A stretch of DNA of 64,000 bases from Massalongia carnosa (taxonomy: Eukaryota): the NCBI GenBank assembly GCA_965645245.1, contig OZ287077.1, forward strand, positions 744,001 to 808,000, written 5' to 3'. A program made the position numbers and the translations under genes. The notes below the pieces were generated by a model. That model ran no database searches, was not told the origin of the DNA, and saw only the letters and a list, made by a program, of their open reading frames with translations. Positions within the stretch are counted from its first letter, which is position 1. Every line of letters begins with the position of its first letter. Shown here in pieces: positions 1 to 13,373 of the stretch.

Positions 1-376
1 ATTCAGCGCAGTCGCTTCAAGAAGGACCCGGCTAACAAGGGGAAACCGTACGGCGGAGGGCTTTTCTCGTTGGCCACGAATATCAATTATGGTGGCTATA
101 CGCTTTGGCGGACGGGTTATGCGATTGTGGCCGCTGGTTTGCCGTGGGGTGCTTTGGTCGGAAGCTTCTTCTTTTATGATTTTGCCGCCAGGGCTATCCC
201 GGAGTTGGATGACTATTGCACTCAGAGGGTACGTATATGCTTCTCGGCACATGGCCTTGTGTGCTTCATGATGGTGCTTCTTCTCCGGGAATATACTGAT
301 TGGATCCTAGTACGGTGAAGCGTGGCTCAACGTTAAGAAGCGCGTTCCATATCGTCTTATTCCCGGCATATATTAA
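1..376 (+). CDS. 3' part of a DUF1295 / steroid 5-alpha-reductase-like membrane protein (5' end lies outside the window)
   Basis: Frame 1 reads IQRSRFKKDPANKGKPYGGGLFSLATNINYGGYTLWR...LDDYCTQR; GT-AG intron 229-310; last exon YGEAWLNVKKRVPYRLIPGIY* ending at TAA 374-376. Confidence 0.8.
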
Positions 377-2665
377 GATGGATTGGTATGTTTTCTACAG
401 ATAGGGAAACTATTTTATACTGCACGAACCTGATTGTTCCATAACTTGTATCACTAACGAATCTAAATCCCCACTTTTAGAAATTTCTCTCATCACCAAT
501 TCTAAACTCTCGTGTCAGGGAATTGAAACTTGCCTAGTGTGTTAAAAGTTGTCCGGCGTGTTGAACTTACTTCCATTAACAGTTTACCCGACTTCATGAC
601 TGGAACGGCCTAAAACGTCCTCTCATACAGGATTCCTCTTACCACCATCTCCCCAATCTCCACCACAAAATCCACAATCCCATCACACTTGTCCCACCCT
701 CCAAAAATAACTCGCCTGTATCCAATAATATCACCCCCCTCCTTCCGTTTACACGTCCCATCCCAACCTATCATCAATTTCTTATTTAACCAAACAAATA
801 AGTTCATTCTGGGAGAAAGGGAAGTATGTTTATCTATATAAACTGCCTTAAAAACCCCAGCAGCACGTGTCTAGATCTGGAGTTAAACACTCCGGGAAAC
901 GGGAGTGTATAAATGAGTACGTGAGTGCGTGAGCAAGTAATTAACACTAGAAAAAATGTGTTAACAAGCAACGAAAGAACCGAAGATGGAGTAATGAAGG
1001 TGAGAACTCGATCGACCCCTGAGCTTTTCAAGGAGGTATACATATCTACTTAGTTTTTTTTTATTAATTCATTAAGCGTATGCATCCTAAGGATATGACG
1101 CTCTGACTGCTATTTATGTACATAAACAACAGTCAGGAAGTGGAAACCTGGCCCCCAGGGTAAAACCACTCCCTTGTTCCATGTTGAACGCAACGAGACT
1201 GTCCTTCTACCACGCGGTGCATACACCCAGATCTTCAAGCACTAGGAATCCTATAGACTCGATGAACTAGACAGTGTATTTCCACACGTTCGACGAACGT
1301 TCTCTCTCTTTAAATGTTTTGATTCAATGGAGGAAAGACTGGCCGTGATCGAGGGCAGATCGTGGTGTCGTATAAATGAAGGTGTGTAAGTGTGGCCATT
1401 CTAAATGAATGGGCTTTTTCGATGTGGTGAAAGGCTTCCGCCTGAGGGGTGTGGCCATTCCGAATGAATGGGCTTTGTATGTGTGCCTTCGAGGTGACGA
1501 ATGATCAGTAGAGACGTTGATCGTTCAAATGGCCACCGAGGTGGACTTCCGCGTTGGCGATGATCAGATATTGGCCACCTCCGAGGAGGTGTTGATAGCC
1601 TGCACCACGTAGAGGTTTCTGACCCAGCAGGCCCATATCTACTAGTACTTTGGGTGGAAATAAAAGGGGTTATATGCCTTGTATACATAAATACATACAT
1701 TCAGGCGTGATCGACTTTGTCGAGGAGAGAGGGCGTTAGTTTTTGAAAAAACCCAAAAAAAACAAGGGGGGTAAAAGTAACGGAGGCTGTCTTGCTAGAA
1801 ACGAAAGGCTGGCTGGGCGTCTCTGTTGATAGGCACTTTTGTGGAAAAGAGGGGGGGGAACCTAAGAGAAATACGAATAAAGATAATAGAAGAGAAAGAG
1901 AAAAAAGGAGGGGGAAAAAAAGGAAAAGGGGGAACAAAAAGAGAACCAGAAAGAGGGAAACACGAAAAGAAATCATACACCGTAAAAAAAACCCCCGGAA
2001 TTCAGGGCGGAACTACGTACGATCCACACGACCCGAATCTGTCCCATGTAAAACATTTCATAACCATATACCCAGTCCAGTTCGTACCATTTTCGCTGTT
2101 TCCGAACGAACGAACGATTGCCTCAAGCGCGCTCTCAGGGGACTTGTTGCATACGGTAGGTGGTATCTTTGCTCTTGGGGGAGAAAGGGGTTTCCCAGAT
2201 TAGGTCAGTAGGTAAGGTAGACGGAGGCTGTTGATATGGGATGGGGGGGTTGGGAAACGGGCTGCCCGTTTGATTCGAGTTGCGGTACGGTTGTGGCTTT
2301 TGCTTTTGGGTTGGTGGAGGAGGGTTAGTATGGGGAATCGTCCTGGTTAGTGTGGTATTGTGTGGAGTGTCTTTTCTTATCTATTTTTTGGGGGGGTTCC
2401 ATCTTATAGATAGGCACTGACTAGTTTAGGGATTGTTGTTTTGTTTAGGTATCCCCGATGCTTCAGAGGGGGTTGATAGGAGTACATATGGGGCGAAGAA
2501 GAAAACAAAGCTTACCGGTAGTGATCACTACGTATGATTATCGGGGAACGGCATTGAGATGAGTGAATTCTCATCTTTAAGAAGCCGTGAATTGTACTTG
2601 CAAGTCCCCCGCTTCTATCGTTCGTTGTAGAAAACGCCAGCAAAAGAGATAGGTAGTTACAGGAA

Positions 2666-4859
2666 CTATGGGAATACAAGGACGTTATGAGCCCAATCAA
2701 ACCACCACACTATCTCCCCTTGTAACGGCCTGTTTTGCCATGATTTATCATATCTTGCCGCTGTTCTGCTGACGGGAAACATGATACCGCGGACTGAGCG
2801 TACAGGACAAGTAGGAGGATCGACGTTGAAGTATATGTGTGTCGACTGACCGTGACGGAATGGGGCGCAGTCTATGCTGAAATCCCAGCGCCATTGCCCG
2901 ATAGATTCGCAAGATTGGTCGGCGTAATGGATTAATAGTCCGATGTACGATCTTATCTTCTTGGACGGGTCTCTACATCTCTCTACCTTTGTGATGTTAC
3001 AAAGTGAAGCCTTCGAGACGTACCAATCATATAAGCGGATGCGAGATGAGAGGCTGGGCATAGTAAGCCTCTTTGGAGGTATAAACAGCGCATCTGGGTC
3101 ATGCTCTGAGTTGCATATAACGCCGAGATTGTTAATGGTGTTCCGTTCAGGCCCGATCTCATTGCAGCAGATGCCTGAAACAACACCATCCAAGTCCGTA
3201 TTCAGGGGTAACAAGGAATGTTCGGGATAGCGAAGGGAATCAAAATATGAGCCGGTTTGAAAGGATCTTCCATAGGTTGTACAGAACTAAATAAGTTATT
3301 TTAAGCGGCCGCATAGGCCAATTCGGAAGATTTTCTTACAGCGATTTCGATCTCCCCAAATAGGCGCTCGCGATCATTAATTATCCAGACCTGTGACACA
3401 CGCTCCCCTTCTCGAAGAGGAATGTAAAAGCACTGAATAGGAACAACGAAATAAGTTTGATCCTCGTAAATTGGTACGATATCAGCCCCATCGTACCAGG
3501 CGTGCAATTTAAGAAGCCGGCGTTTACCCTTTGCCATAATTATCCCCTTTATTCCTTGTTCAAGGGGTATCCATTTCATTCGCATAGGATAATCGGATTT
3601 TTTGGAACAGGGGGTATGATGGCATCGCATTGGATCGAATACTGGCGGGTTAGGGGTGTCCCATTCAAGGATTTGCTTAAACCCAGGGTGGGGCAAGGGT
3701 TTAGGAAACATGTTAACGTTTCGAAGAAGGAGATCCTGTTCAGAGTCAGCATACAGCACAATACAAATAGGAATGGGTAGCCTGCGTCTGAAACACTTCG
3801 AATCTCCGTGATGGCAGAGTTATCAGGAACCTGGATCATTTTGTACCAGAGACGGGTCTTTGAATTGGAGTTTTGCTGCTTTGTGACGGAAACCTCCCCT
3901 TGGCCGAGAAATTCAATCTCTTGTATGCCTATATTATCTAACGAGAGCCTAAGTGTGTGTGTCGTGGATGACCGATGAACTTTCTTGTCCGTGGGCGACA
4001 GGCGTTGATTGCTCAGATATGATACATAATATAAGCCGTCTAGGAAGACTCTTCCAATGAAAACCGGCTCCAACAAGCCCAGTGTAACGGGTCTATTATA
4101 AGCAGCTTCTAGAGTCGCAAGGTCATAAATCTCTCTAATGAGAGGCCCACTTGCGTAGAGTACCACAGCTGGCGAGAATAGAGTACTAGACCAGACCTCC
4201 TCTATAATCATATATTGGAGTTCTACCGGCAACTCCGAACAGCGACAATATAACCCCAAAGCAGAGCTGGGAGTCAAACGCTCCGAGGTTGGGGAGGTCA
4301 AATGCTCCTTCTTTAGGACATCATATATCATTTTGTTTGATAATGCCAAGGAAACGAGAGCAGTCCTACGCTCTTCAAATGACTTTGTTGGAACGTACCC
4401 TGATAACGGGAGCGTCGACCTTCCAAACTTCCATACATCCATCATACTTAAACGAAATAGATCATCAGGGTGGTTGTGATGATCTCGCTGTAAAAGCCTG
4501 TAACAGCCTACGTGTATGCACAGCGCTAGGTAACGGCGATGTCGGTGATGGCGTTTCTGATGAGAACACGACCGAATTACTATGGAAACAGGTTTCTTCC
4601 TTCCCACATGGTCCCAAACGTCTAGCACCCGAGATTCTTGGCCCTCATGAGCTGATACAAGAAAGGAACCAGTTTGGCCAAGATATCGGTCAGTGCCTAC
4701 CACTGCATACAAGGTCAGCACTTTCAAGGTATGCATGCTTGATGAACCTTGACCTGCAGCCACCTCCACACTGCCGCTAGAGTCGCTCGCATTGTAGAGC
4801 GGTCCCCGGCATAATACACATTGATCATACTCAATATCGAAGATCGTCTTTCCAATCAT
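2666..4859 (-). CDS. Hypothetical protein, about 696 aa, 3 exons, with an F-box-like LPVELQYMI segment
   Basis: ORFs 3576-4859, 3301-3759 and 2666-3214 join in phase 0 through introns 3736-3785 (GC-AG) and 3287-3339 (GT-AG); N-terminal CVLC motif. Confidence 0.65.
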
Positions 4860-5534
4860 TATAACGAAGGCTTGATTGAAGGATACTTGTAATGAAAAAT
4901 TAAATCTGTTTGCTGCTGAAAAAAAACTTGAGAGTGTGTTCTATGAAGCGTACGTCTTTAGCAGTTCCATACCTCTCTCTCATCCGTTGATGTTGAGTTA
5001 TGCAGCATGAAAGTTATTCATCAAGTGAAGTTTGAGTTTGTGAAGAGAAGAGAGCAGCGTATTGGTGATTTTTCTCGTATCGCGAAATAACTTCAGCCAA
5101 ACATTTGAGGACTAATGAAAAGAGCAAACTCTTGACGTAAATGTCACGATGAGATTTAGAGACAAGTGGAAACTTTCCCTCTCACTTGTATTACCAGTAA
5201 TGACTTATTTTTGACCACCTATCTCTAAGTGTAAACTGAACAGCCACGTAGCTGTCCTCCGTTTCCACGAAGTCATTTCGATCCTTAGAGGAGTGAAGCA
5301 TGATGGGAAGCATGATGAATACCTGATAAGAGGGGTTCACGTCTTTAGGATATCGTCTGGAGAGCCTCCTCATATATGATCGCGTTCAACAAAACGCTAT
5401 CAACCCTTGATCCACGTGACCAATTAAGTCGCCCTAGTTAGTGGTTCGTTGGTCAGACTAACAACCTTAATTTCTTTCGTAATGTAGTGGAGTGATAAAC
5501 CATGATTATAATTTTATAGCATCAACGGTAAAAT

Positions 5535-6083
5535 ATGCCATTACGGCCCCAAAGTCCTCTATATATCCTTTCCCGTTCTCATCGCCTTAGCGCCCGCGCT
5601 GTCCACCTCCCTCCATGCCTGCCCTCCGCCCCCCAGCCGCCCGAAAAAGAAGACTACTATTCTCTCCTCTTGTTGTCACCTCTTCCCGCAGCACCATCCT
5701 CATCTAGAAGCCTAACACAAACTGCCACCCTAAAGGAAGAATCACGAGTTATATTCGGCTCGCGACTCGCTGGCCCCGCTGCGCGCCAGAAAGAAGGTTG
5801 GGCACAAGAGCGGCCACCAGAGCCAGATAACTGCTGCATGAGTGGATGTGTGAATTGTGTGTGGGATGCTTATAGGGAGGAGGTGGAAGAGTGGGCGGCA
5901 CGGCGGAGGAAGAGCGAAGGAATAGCTCTTAGGGGTGGGGTTGATGGGAATATGGAAGACTTGGATGGCACGAGGGCAGAGCAAGTGCTGCAGCGAGAGT
6001 TGTTTGAGGGGGTACCGGTTGGAATTAAGGAATTTATGATACTGGAAAAGAGGTTGCGGGAAAAGGAAGGAGAGAAGGAGTAA
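5535..6083 (+). CDS. Oxidoreductase-like domain protein (Oxidored-like / OXLD1 family), probably mitochondrial
   Basis: Signature PPEPDNCCMSGCVNCVWDAY; Arg/Ser-rich presequence-like N-terminus. Confidence 0.85.
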   Translation: MPLRPQSPLYILSRSHRLSARAVHLPPCLPSAPQPPEKEDYYSLLLLSPLPAAPSSSRSLTQTATLKEESRVIFGSRLAGPAARQKEGWAQERPPEPDNCCMSGCVNCVWDAYREEVEEWAARRRKSEGIALRGGVDGNMEDLDGTRAEQVLQRELFEGVPVGIKEFMILEKRLREKEGEKE

Positions 6084-6616
6084 GGATTAGGGTGTGGTGG
6101 TGCAGTTGAGTTCGATATACCGGGTGGTTGAGATTGATCCGGGATAGTCAACTATTCAGCTTGGATTTGATATTTCTTGCGGTAAGTTGAGAGTGCATTT
6201 TTAGGGTTAGAAATGGGCGCCCCGACGGCAACACCGAGTTTTAAATGATTGTTAAAGGTGATTGACCGCCTTTAAATGATGAAGGAATGCATCAATGACA
6301 CATGACAGGGTTGAATGGAATATGAGTAAGGGCCATGTGCAGGTTGCTTAGAGAATTAAGTGGTGCGGGCCCATCGGTCTTCGGAGCGTCCTTACCGCCG
6401 ATAATTCCAACGGACGTACCGCATTTCCCACATGAGATGCTATCCAGGCCGGTGTGCTGGAAAACTCGCGTGTCCAGACCTTGTGTTCCAACCCATTCTG
6501 TTGTTTAAAAAAAGGTACGAAAACGGGGTTGATCGGTCTAGTGGCTAAGGAGTACATTGACTTCATCCAGGAAATGAAAGTTGATGTCAGAGAATAATGA
6601 TCCCCCCTCCAACCAA

Positions 6617-7036
6617 TCAATCAACATCTATCCCTTTTGACTTGAGCTCTTCTCGCGCTATATCGATATCTTTCAACAGCTCCTTATGCGCCTCCGGAAC
6701 ATCGTTGAATGTGAAAACACCCCACCCCAACTTGAAAAGGAGGTATGACCCGAAGGAGACAATGCCCCAGAAAGGTAGCTGGGAAGTTGTGTCTGTTAGC
6801 GCAGCTTTCAAATGGCCTTATGACAGGGGTGTAAATCGAGTTTTGATACGTACGACAGGGACGATCTCGTTCTGAATATGTGGACCGAATGGAATCAATT
6901 GCAGAAAACATGCAAGGTAGAGCTACGAAATAGTAGTGTCAGCAATCCACACTGGCATGCATGATGAGTCTTGGGAGTGAAGACTCACCGATAACACCAG
7001 AAGCCCCAATGAAATAGATTGTTGCGCTCGAGTCAT
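6617..7036 (-). CDS. DPM3: Dolichol-phosphate mannosyltransferase subunit 3, 92 aa
   Basis: Exons 7036-6989, 6922-6854 and 6778-6617 give MTRAQQ...LPFWGIVSFGSYLLFKLGWGVFTFNDVPEAHKELLKDIDIAREELKSKGIDVD. Confidence 0.93.
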
Positions 7037-8305
7037 GTCAAGCGGGGAGGGCGGTTACGCACTCTAGAATATACAGTCGAGTGGCTGAGTATTTTCAATA
7101 GGCAACAAAGGGTATTAGCTCATAAATTTCCTGATCGCTTATTGGATGATTTTGTTCACTGAGTGGATGTAATGATGAACAGCGATGAAGCCTGGTGGTG
7201 AACTTAAGGTCTTTCGAAGCTACATCCTTGCTCACGTAATCGGGTAGCTTCCGCTGCCTTGGGAAATCTTAATCTTTTGCTGGACATACCTCCCCCAATC
7301 ATGTGTAAATCGCAAACAGAGATGCAAATACGATATTCGCTAGTCGATCCTTCGTCTCACAGAATCACACTTCGATGAGTCAGGTTATGAAGAAGATTAT
7401 GAGATATGTCTCTTAACCCACAAGTGCTGGGCAAACAAGCATTAATGTCAGCAACGATGACGTCGGCATCCGTTAAATCCGTCCGAGCGCGGGCGCTTCT
7501 ATGATCATAGGCTAATTTCTTCGCTTCTTCTCAGTTCTTACACTATCACCGACGGCAGAAAAGCGACACAGAGCAGGAATATGAAGATGACAAGGTGAGA
7601 GCAGGCTGTAATTCTGGATATTGTCAGCAGCAACCTCTTCGCATATTCTATTCTGCCGGTGTCTCATTGTGCAACGTCATCGTGAAGGGGCCTACGCGGC
7701 TCTAAGACCAACTGATTCTCATACCTGTCGAGAGCGACATCTAGTAGTCTTAGTGGCCAGCACTCCTCTCTTTTAAATCAAGTATGATGTGATACACGTG
7801 CTATGAGATCCTCCCTTCCTCCTCTTGAAGAAAGCCTGATGACGTTCTTGGTCATCTTTTCCGTCTAGAACTGTTGAGAACTTATCCCGTTCTAAAGGAA
7901 ATCGCATTTCTTACACTGCATATTACTCGTCGGTTCTATATTCTTCTCATTATCACGCTTTTGCTTCGTCGATGGAAGCTTCTAGGCTTTGAGCTGGCAC
8001 ATAGAGCTGAATGACTCTGGTGCTGTAGATCGGTTATCTTAGCCAAACCTCGAGCCCGCCGGTCTGGACCCATCTGATTAAGATATCTACACTATATTTT
8101 GCGGCATGGCTGTTGTAAAAAATAGTGGCTGTTCCTTCAGGGCTATGTCGATCTAGCTCCTCCAATGCTGGACAGATGCGTGTCATCATTGCTAGTACCA
8201 TTGGTCATATCTGACCGCTGATGCTTGCTCCACACCAAGCGCTGGCTGAAACCTCTTTTAGGAGTTAGATCAGCTGCAAAGTGAGCGGCTGAAGTGCTTG
8301 GAGTT

Positions 8306-10913
8306 ATGGAGAAAGAGACAGATATAATCCTAGATGGCTCGCCGACCCCCTCGGATCATGAATCATTTTTTGGTTCATTCACTACAACACCGGTCACATT
8401 GCCTTCTAGTTCTTCTTTTACAAGTATCACGCCTAACCAGAGCTGCTCAGCGCGCCAAAGTGGCCCCTCGCTCGACTCAATATTTAGTCAGCTTGAGCTC
8501 GTCGAAAAACCACCTCTAACAATGTTTACCGCTCTCGGTACTATCTTTCAGCACGCCATTCGCGGTGAACAGGCAATCGATCTTGGAGTAAGAGACTGGT
8601 GGAGTGTTCTCAGACACGCAGATGAAGCAAGCGGACGTGGCTTTACAGATGCTGGAGCTTTGACGTTAATCGAAACTATTCTGGAACACCTGTGGTCGAA
8701 CGGACCAGAAGATGATCTGGTCAACGCTGCGAGAATTTTAGCTGATGCATGCCGAGAACGTGAGTAGCATTGAACTACAAGAGAACTACTTCTAAAAATG
8801 TACCAAAACCTTGCTGACCAAATTTAAGCTGGATGGCGTATTCCATTCCGTCAAGCAGGGATATTAGATTTCTTTCTAGAAGTTATAGCAGCAGGAGATG
8901 TTGAGCTTAAGCTAATATCACAAACCTTAAGGCTGATTGGAAATGCATGTGCGGATACAGGTATGCTTATAATCGTCTTACGTTCGTTATCACTTTACTA
9001 ATCTTCAAAATCTTCAAATGCAGACACTAACAGAGAACGTGTGATATCTCAAGAAAGTTTACCATCCATAATTGAGTATTTGCAGCATGATACTGTAGCG
9101 AATCTGGTGATCCCAGTCTTATATAATATATGCGTCGACTATGGTAAAAATGCCCACTCCCGGCGAAGGATGATGCTAAATATTTATAAGAGCCGGCACA
9201 GGAAGCACTTCGGACAAATAAATTATGCCCAAGGATCGTCAACTTACTAGCGAGGGAGTCTTTCGATAGTCAGCCCTTGCTAGGCTACATCTGCCCCCTA
9301 CTAAATTTCTCGATCGAAGAGTGTAAGCCAAAATTAATATTCTAATATTCCAGAAGATAAAATAGAGCTTATTGATCAACTACAGTTGATACCAGTGAAA
9401 GTCCTGACTACTCTGTACGCGTCCTATTGGAAACCGCATCAGGTTCAGATGTTGAGGTTGAGGATCTTGTCACGCTTGTTCAGGCTACTGTTATTCATTT
9501 GAAGCTTGAACGATTTCAGAGGATTTTTATCGCCCAGGATCTTATCAAATTAGCGCTCTTCATCATCATTCGATCTTTCTCACCCCAAACCCCCTCTAGT
9601 GATTCTTTGTCTATTCTTGATTTAACGCCTTTGGTACGAGATCCGGAAGAAGAGGCTCAGCTCTCTGAAGTCCGAAGTAGTCTAATTCGCGCGCTGTCTG
9701 ATGTTTCTGCGATACCCGAATTCGGCGTTCAATATTCGGTGAACTCTGAACTTGTGGAGTCTCTAATCCGATGGCTCCCTGCTTCTCGAACGGACTTTCA
9801 GATATGTTCTTCCATAATGCTAGGCAATCTTGCAAGATCAGATACTGTGTGTCATAGCATGGTTCATGATCTGCGCGTTCACGAAGTTCTAGCTGCCATC
9901 ATTAGGGAAAGCTCGGATCTCCAAGTTCTACATGCCGCTCTTGGATTTCTCAGAAATCTTGCTTTACCATTAGCAAACAAGTTTCTCCTTGGTGAGGCTC
10001 AGATTGTTGAGGTAGTATCACGTTTCTGGGCCATGGACTATAGTCCACAGTTACAGTATGCTGCAGTCAGCCTTCTTCGCCAACTCCTGAACAAATCACT
10101 TGCCAATGTCGAGCGAATTCTTAATTCGCTCTCCTTGGATCCGGATAGTCCTGCGCATGAAAAAACTCATCTTTCGCTGCTTCTTTCTTTCTTTGATAAG
10201 ACGGACCAGGAGCCAACAAAGGTAGAGATAGCTCGTGCAATGGCTGCCATCTGGCGGTGTCTCAATATTACTGATCCTTCCAACGAACCTAACGTGGTGA
10301 GCCATCTTCTACATCGACTCTACTCTATGCACGCAAATATCGCAAAGCCGCTTGCAACGATGGTGACACAATCTCGTTGGCAAATCATACAATCTGAAGG
10401 ATGGTTTGCCTTGGCTCTGATGGCTCGCTCACACGAAGGCAGTGTGGCTGTCAACGTTATATTGCAAGAAGTGGAAGTATTCGGAGCTCTTGTTGAGACA
10501 GTCACAGGACAGTCAATTGCTGCGGGGACAGAGGAGGTTCGTAACGTGGTTGATGCAGACATCGACATCTCATCTTTAGAACGCAACGTTGAGACTGGAT
10601 CGGATTCAGAGACTGAGATTCGGGCACGGAATCGAGAGAACGCCATGGTTTTGGTCTATGAATTACTGAAGAATAGTGTAAGGATAAGATTTTTTGATTT
10701 AGATACCCGCCTTGCCATTTCACTTTTCTAGCCTCCGGGCTAGCTGGATCGCAGGCTCAAGCTTTGCATATTTGGTAGTCTTCGCTGATCGTGAGATTCC
10801 AGGGCGACGATATGTCTATCATCCGACGGAATCTCCTGGAAGACTTGCTACGCGGGCGACAGTCCAATCTGAGCTTCCAAGAGCTCATGCTTCGGGGTCG
10901 ATCGCTCGAATAG
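8306..10913 (+). CDS. ARM-repeat protein, SmgGDS / Rap1GDS1 / Bem4-like, multi-exon
   Basis: Motifs LADACRE|WRIPFRQAGIL, LRLIGNACAD, VLYNICVDY, MLGNLARSD, AALGFLRNLALP; several GT-AG introns; last exon ends ...GRSLE* at 10913. Start codon uncertain. Confidence 0.8.
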
Positions 10914-11261
10914 GTAACGAGCAAAGGGAGAGGTTTTTTCTTTTTGGAAATGCTCGTTCGAACCCATAAAAAATCTTAATTATCATTGCATGTTTTCTTT
11001 TCGAGTCAGGAAAAGATGGGAGTATTCCAATTCTGTATACCAAGCTACGGGAGTTACCTCTAAGAAGTCGTATTAGTCGTCTCCATTCTGCAGCGCCAGT
11101 CCAATTTTCTGTTTCTCAACCCTTATTGCACAACGTTGAGTGATTCCGTGGCGTGGTATTGTTATTAATAACGTTCTTTCCCCTCCGCACTCTTGCTCAT
11201 ACTTCCAAAGTCGTTTGCCGATCTATTCGTACTAGGTCGCAGTCGAGCGAGAGCGCTGCAG

Positions 11262-11476
11262 TTGCCTCAGTACCTCAGACGTGCCCGGCTAAGCCCCTTC
11301 GGGTTAGCCTTATAGAACGTTAAGCCCCTTCGGGTTAACAGGCTGACTACGCAGCACATCTGTAGCAACACGTTAGTCAGCTGGGACGCTAATCCGAAGG
11401 AGCTTAGCGAAATAGGCTAACCCGGAGGGGCTTAGACGGCTCCTATAGCCCACGCACGTCTGAGGTACTGAGGCAA
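11262..11476. mobile_element. MITE, copy 1 (215 bp, 23-bp TIR, 8-bp TSD)
   Basis: TIR TTGCCTCAGTACCTCAGACGTGC at both ends; TSD CGCTGCAG at 11254-11261 and 11477-11484; near-identical inverted copy at 61153-61368. Confidence 0.95.
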
Positions 11477-13373
11477 CGCTGCAGCTTACTGGGCATTAAT
11501 ATTACTCATCCTTTGTGCTGAAATTATAACTTATATTGTCTCAGCACGTGCCTTGAGTACAGAGTACTTTATTACGCCTCCATTTTCTAATCCCGTCCAA
11601 TCTTTCGCGCCCCTGGTTTCACGTCCCCTCCGATCTGTCCCGTCCAGGTTCACAGAGATCCCGCCTTTTCACTTCCAACCAGGGATTGATTACACGCATG
11701 AAAGGATATACGAACGCCTTTTAATTTCCAGCGGTTGACGTCAATGTTCTGGGTTTCTACGTATCTTTCCGGGGCATGTCGCATGAGGTTTTGACTTTGA
11801 TAGCACGCTGTTGGCTTGCGCTAGTCAGACGTGCCGTACCAGGGCTTCTATTGTCTAGTTACCCCACCATTCCGTCTCATCAACCACATGGCAATGACAA
11901 ATAATGCCTTCATTCCTCTTATTAACCATATATCATTAGTGAACAAAGCCTCCATCTCACCGCTCTGACTTGCCGTATTGAGATATTGATATGAATCAGA
12001 AAATGACTATTTAGAGAGTCGCTGATGGGGAGCCAAGATGTGGAGGAAGAGAGGACAAGGTGGACAAGGTGGACAGACTAGCGGACGCTAAAAGTGTGGC
12101 ATTAAAGTCTTTCGAAAGTGGTTGTAGCACATACGAAACAGAAACTTGCTTTTTGCAGTTGCAATCACGGGTGGTTCTCTTTGACTCGGTGAGAAGGGTG
12201 TTGGAAGCTTTAAATTTCAAGCCAATCCAGGGCACTGGACATCAATACCTAACGTGAAGCTGTTGCATTGATTTTTCAGGTCGTTGTATTCTGAAATCAA
12301 AGCTTGAATTTTTCAGCTCAGGAAAATTCCATGCAAAAGATACCAGTCCCTATTTCATGCTAACTTAAATAGGAAACAGACATGCTTCGGGAGAACAACG
12401 GTTTTACCACACAAAATCCTTCTGTCTGATTCGAATTACCGCCTCTCAAGCGGCTCAACAAAAGTCTATCTCGAGGATTCAGTTTGCTCTCGAAATTTCC
12501 TCGCATTGCGTATTATCACTCTACCCCGTATCCCCTACTTAAATATTCAATCAAAGCGACGTTATCCCCGTCATGGCTACAGCATCATATTTATGTGACG
12601 CGAACCTAGAAAGAAAACAGACACACTTCTGAGCCTCACGAATACCAAGTAGTTAGTTCTTGAAGCCTTGGTAGTGCTAGCCCAGACAACTTCTTGGAAG
12701 TTGCTGCAATGAGCATAGGGGAAGCTGAAAGCCACTTTGTTGGCTTGCGTATCTCACCCAGTGAAAGGAATTGCTATTCGCCAATGACGGCTCATGGTTA
12801 TGAAAAGCCAATGTTTCCTCCATGACTTGCACTAGTCAACTCGAAAACACTAAAACTTACCTTTTGAGGCGAACCAGAAAGAAAAGGCGGGATCTGATTG
12901 TTCGATGAGATAATACTCCAGTGGTCTTATGAATGTGATGGCGGTGAAATAATAGGAGGCTAGTTGCTTGAGCAGCTGCAGGCACACACGGATAAACGAG
13001 AATTACCACCATTTTGGAGCAACGCTGGGTGGCGGCGGTAGAGGGGGGATGCGGGACCCGTTTTGGCCTCCTTGCCCCGCGGGGGATAAGTAACAAGCCT
13101 GGTCATTCTTTTTTCTCGCCTGTTTCACTACCTGACGTCCTCTTTACCCTTGAAGCTGGTTGGATTTGATATCGACTTTCAACTCTCGATGCGCTCTACC
13201 AACAATCGCAGAAGCAACCTGCCGATAGACTTCCGTCTGCGGCAGCCAATGCAGAGACCTTCCTGGCGCAAAGAACCTTTCTGCCTGTACTTATTTAAAT
13301 ACTTGAGCTTAAAGACCGTTTAACGAATGTTAGGAAGTGGCCGAGCTTCATTATCAATCAACACCGAGCAGTC

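Noticed and set aside
1390..1476. Two 28-bp direct repeats 59 bp apart, with CRISPR-like spacing
   Set aside because: Only two copies, eukaryotic context and no cas genes; a local duplication.
1701..2211. Lys/Arg-rich and Phe/Leu-rich ORFs
   Set aside because: Produced by a low-complexity purine-rich tract.
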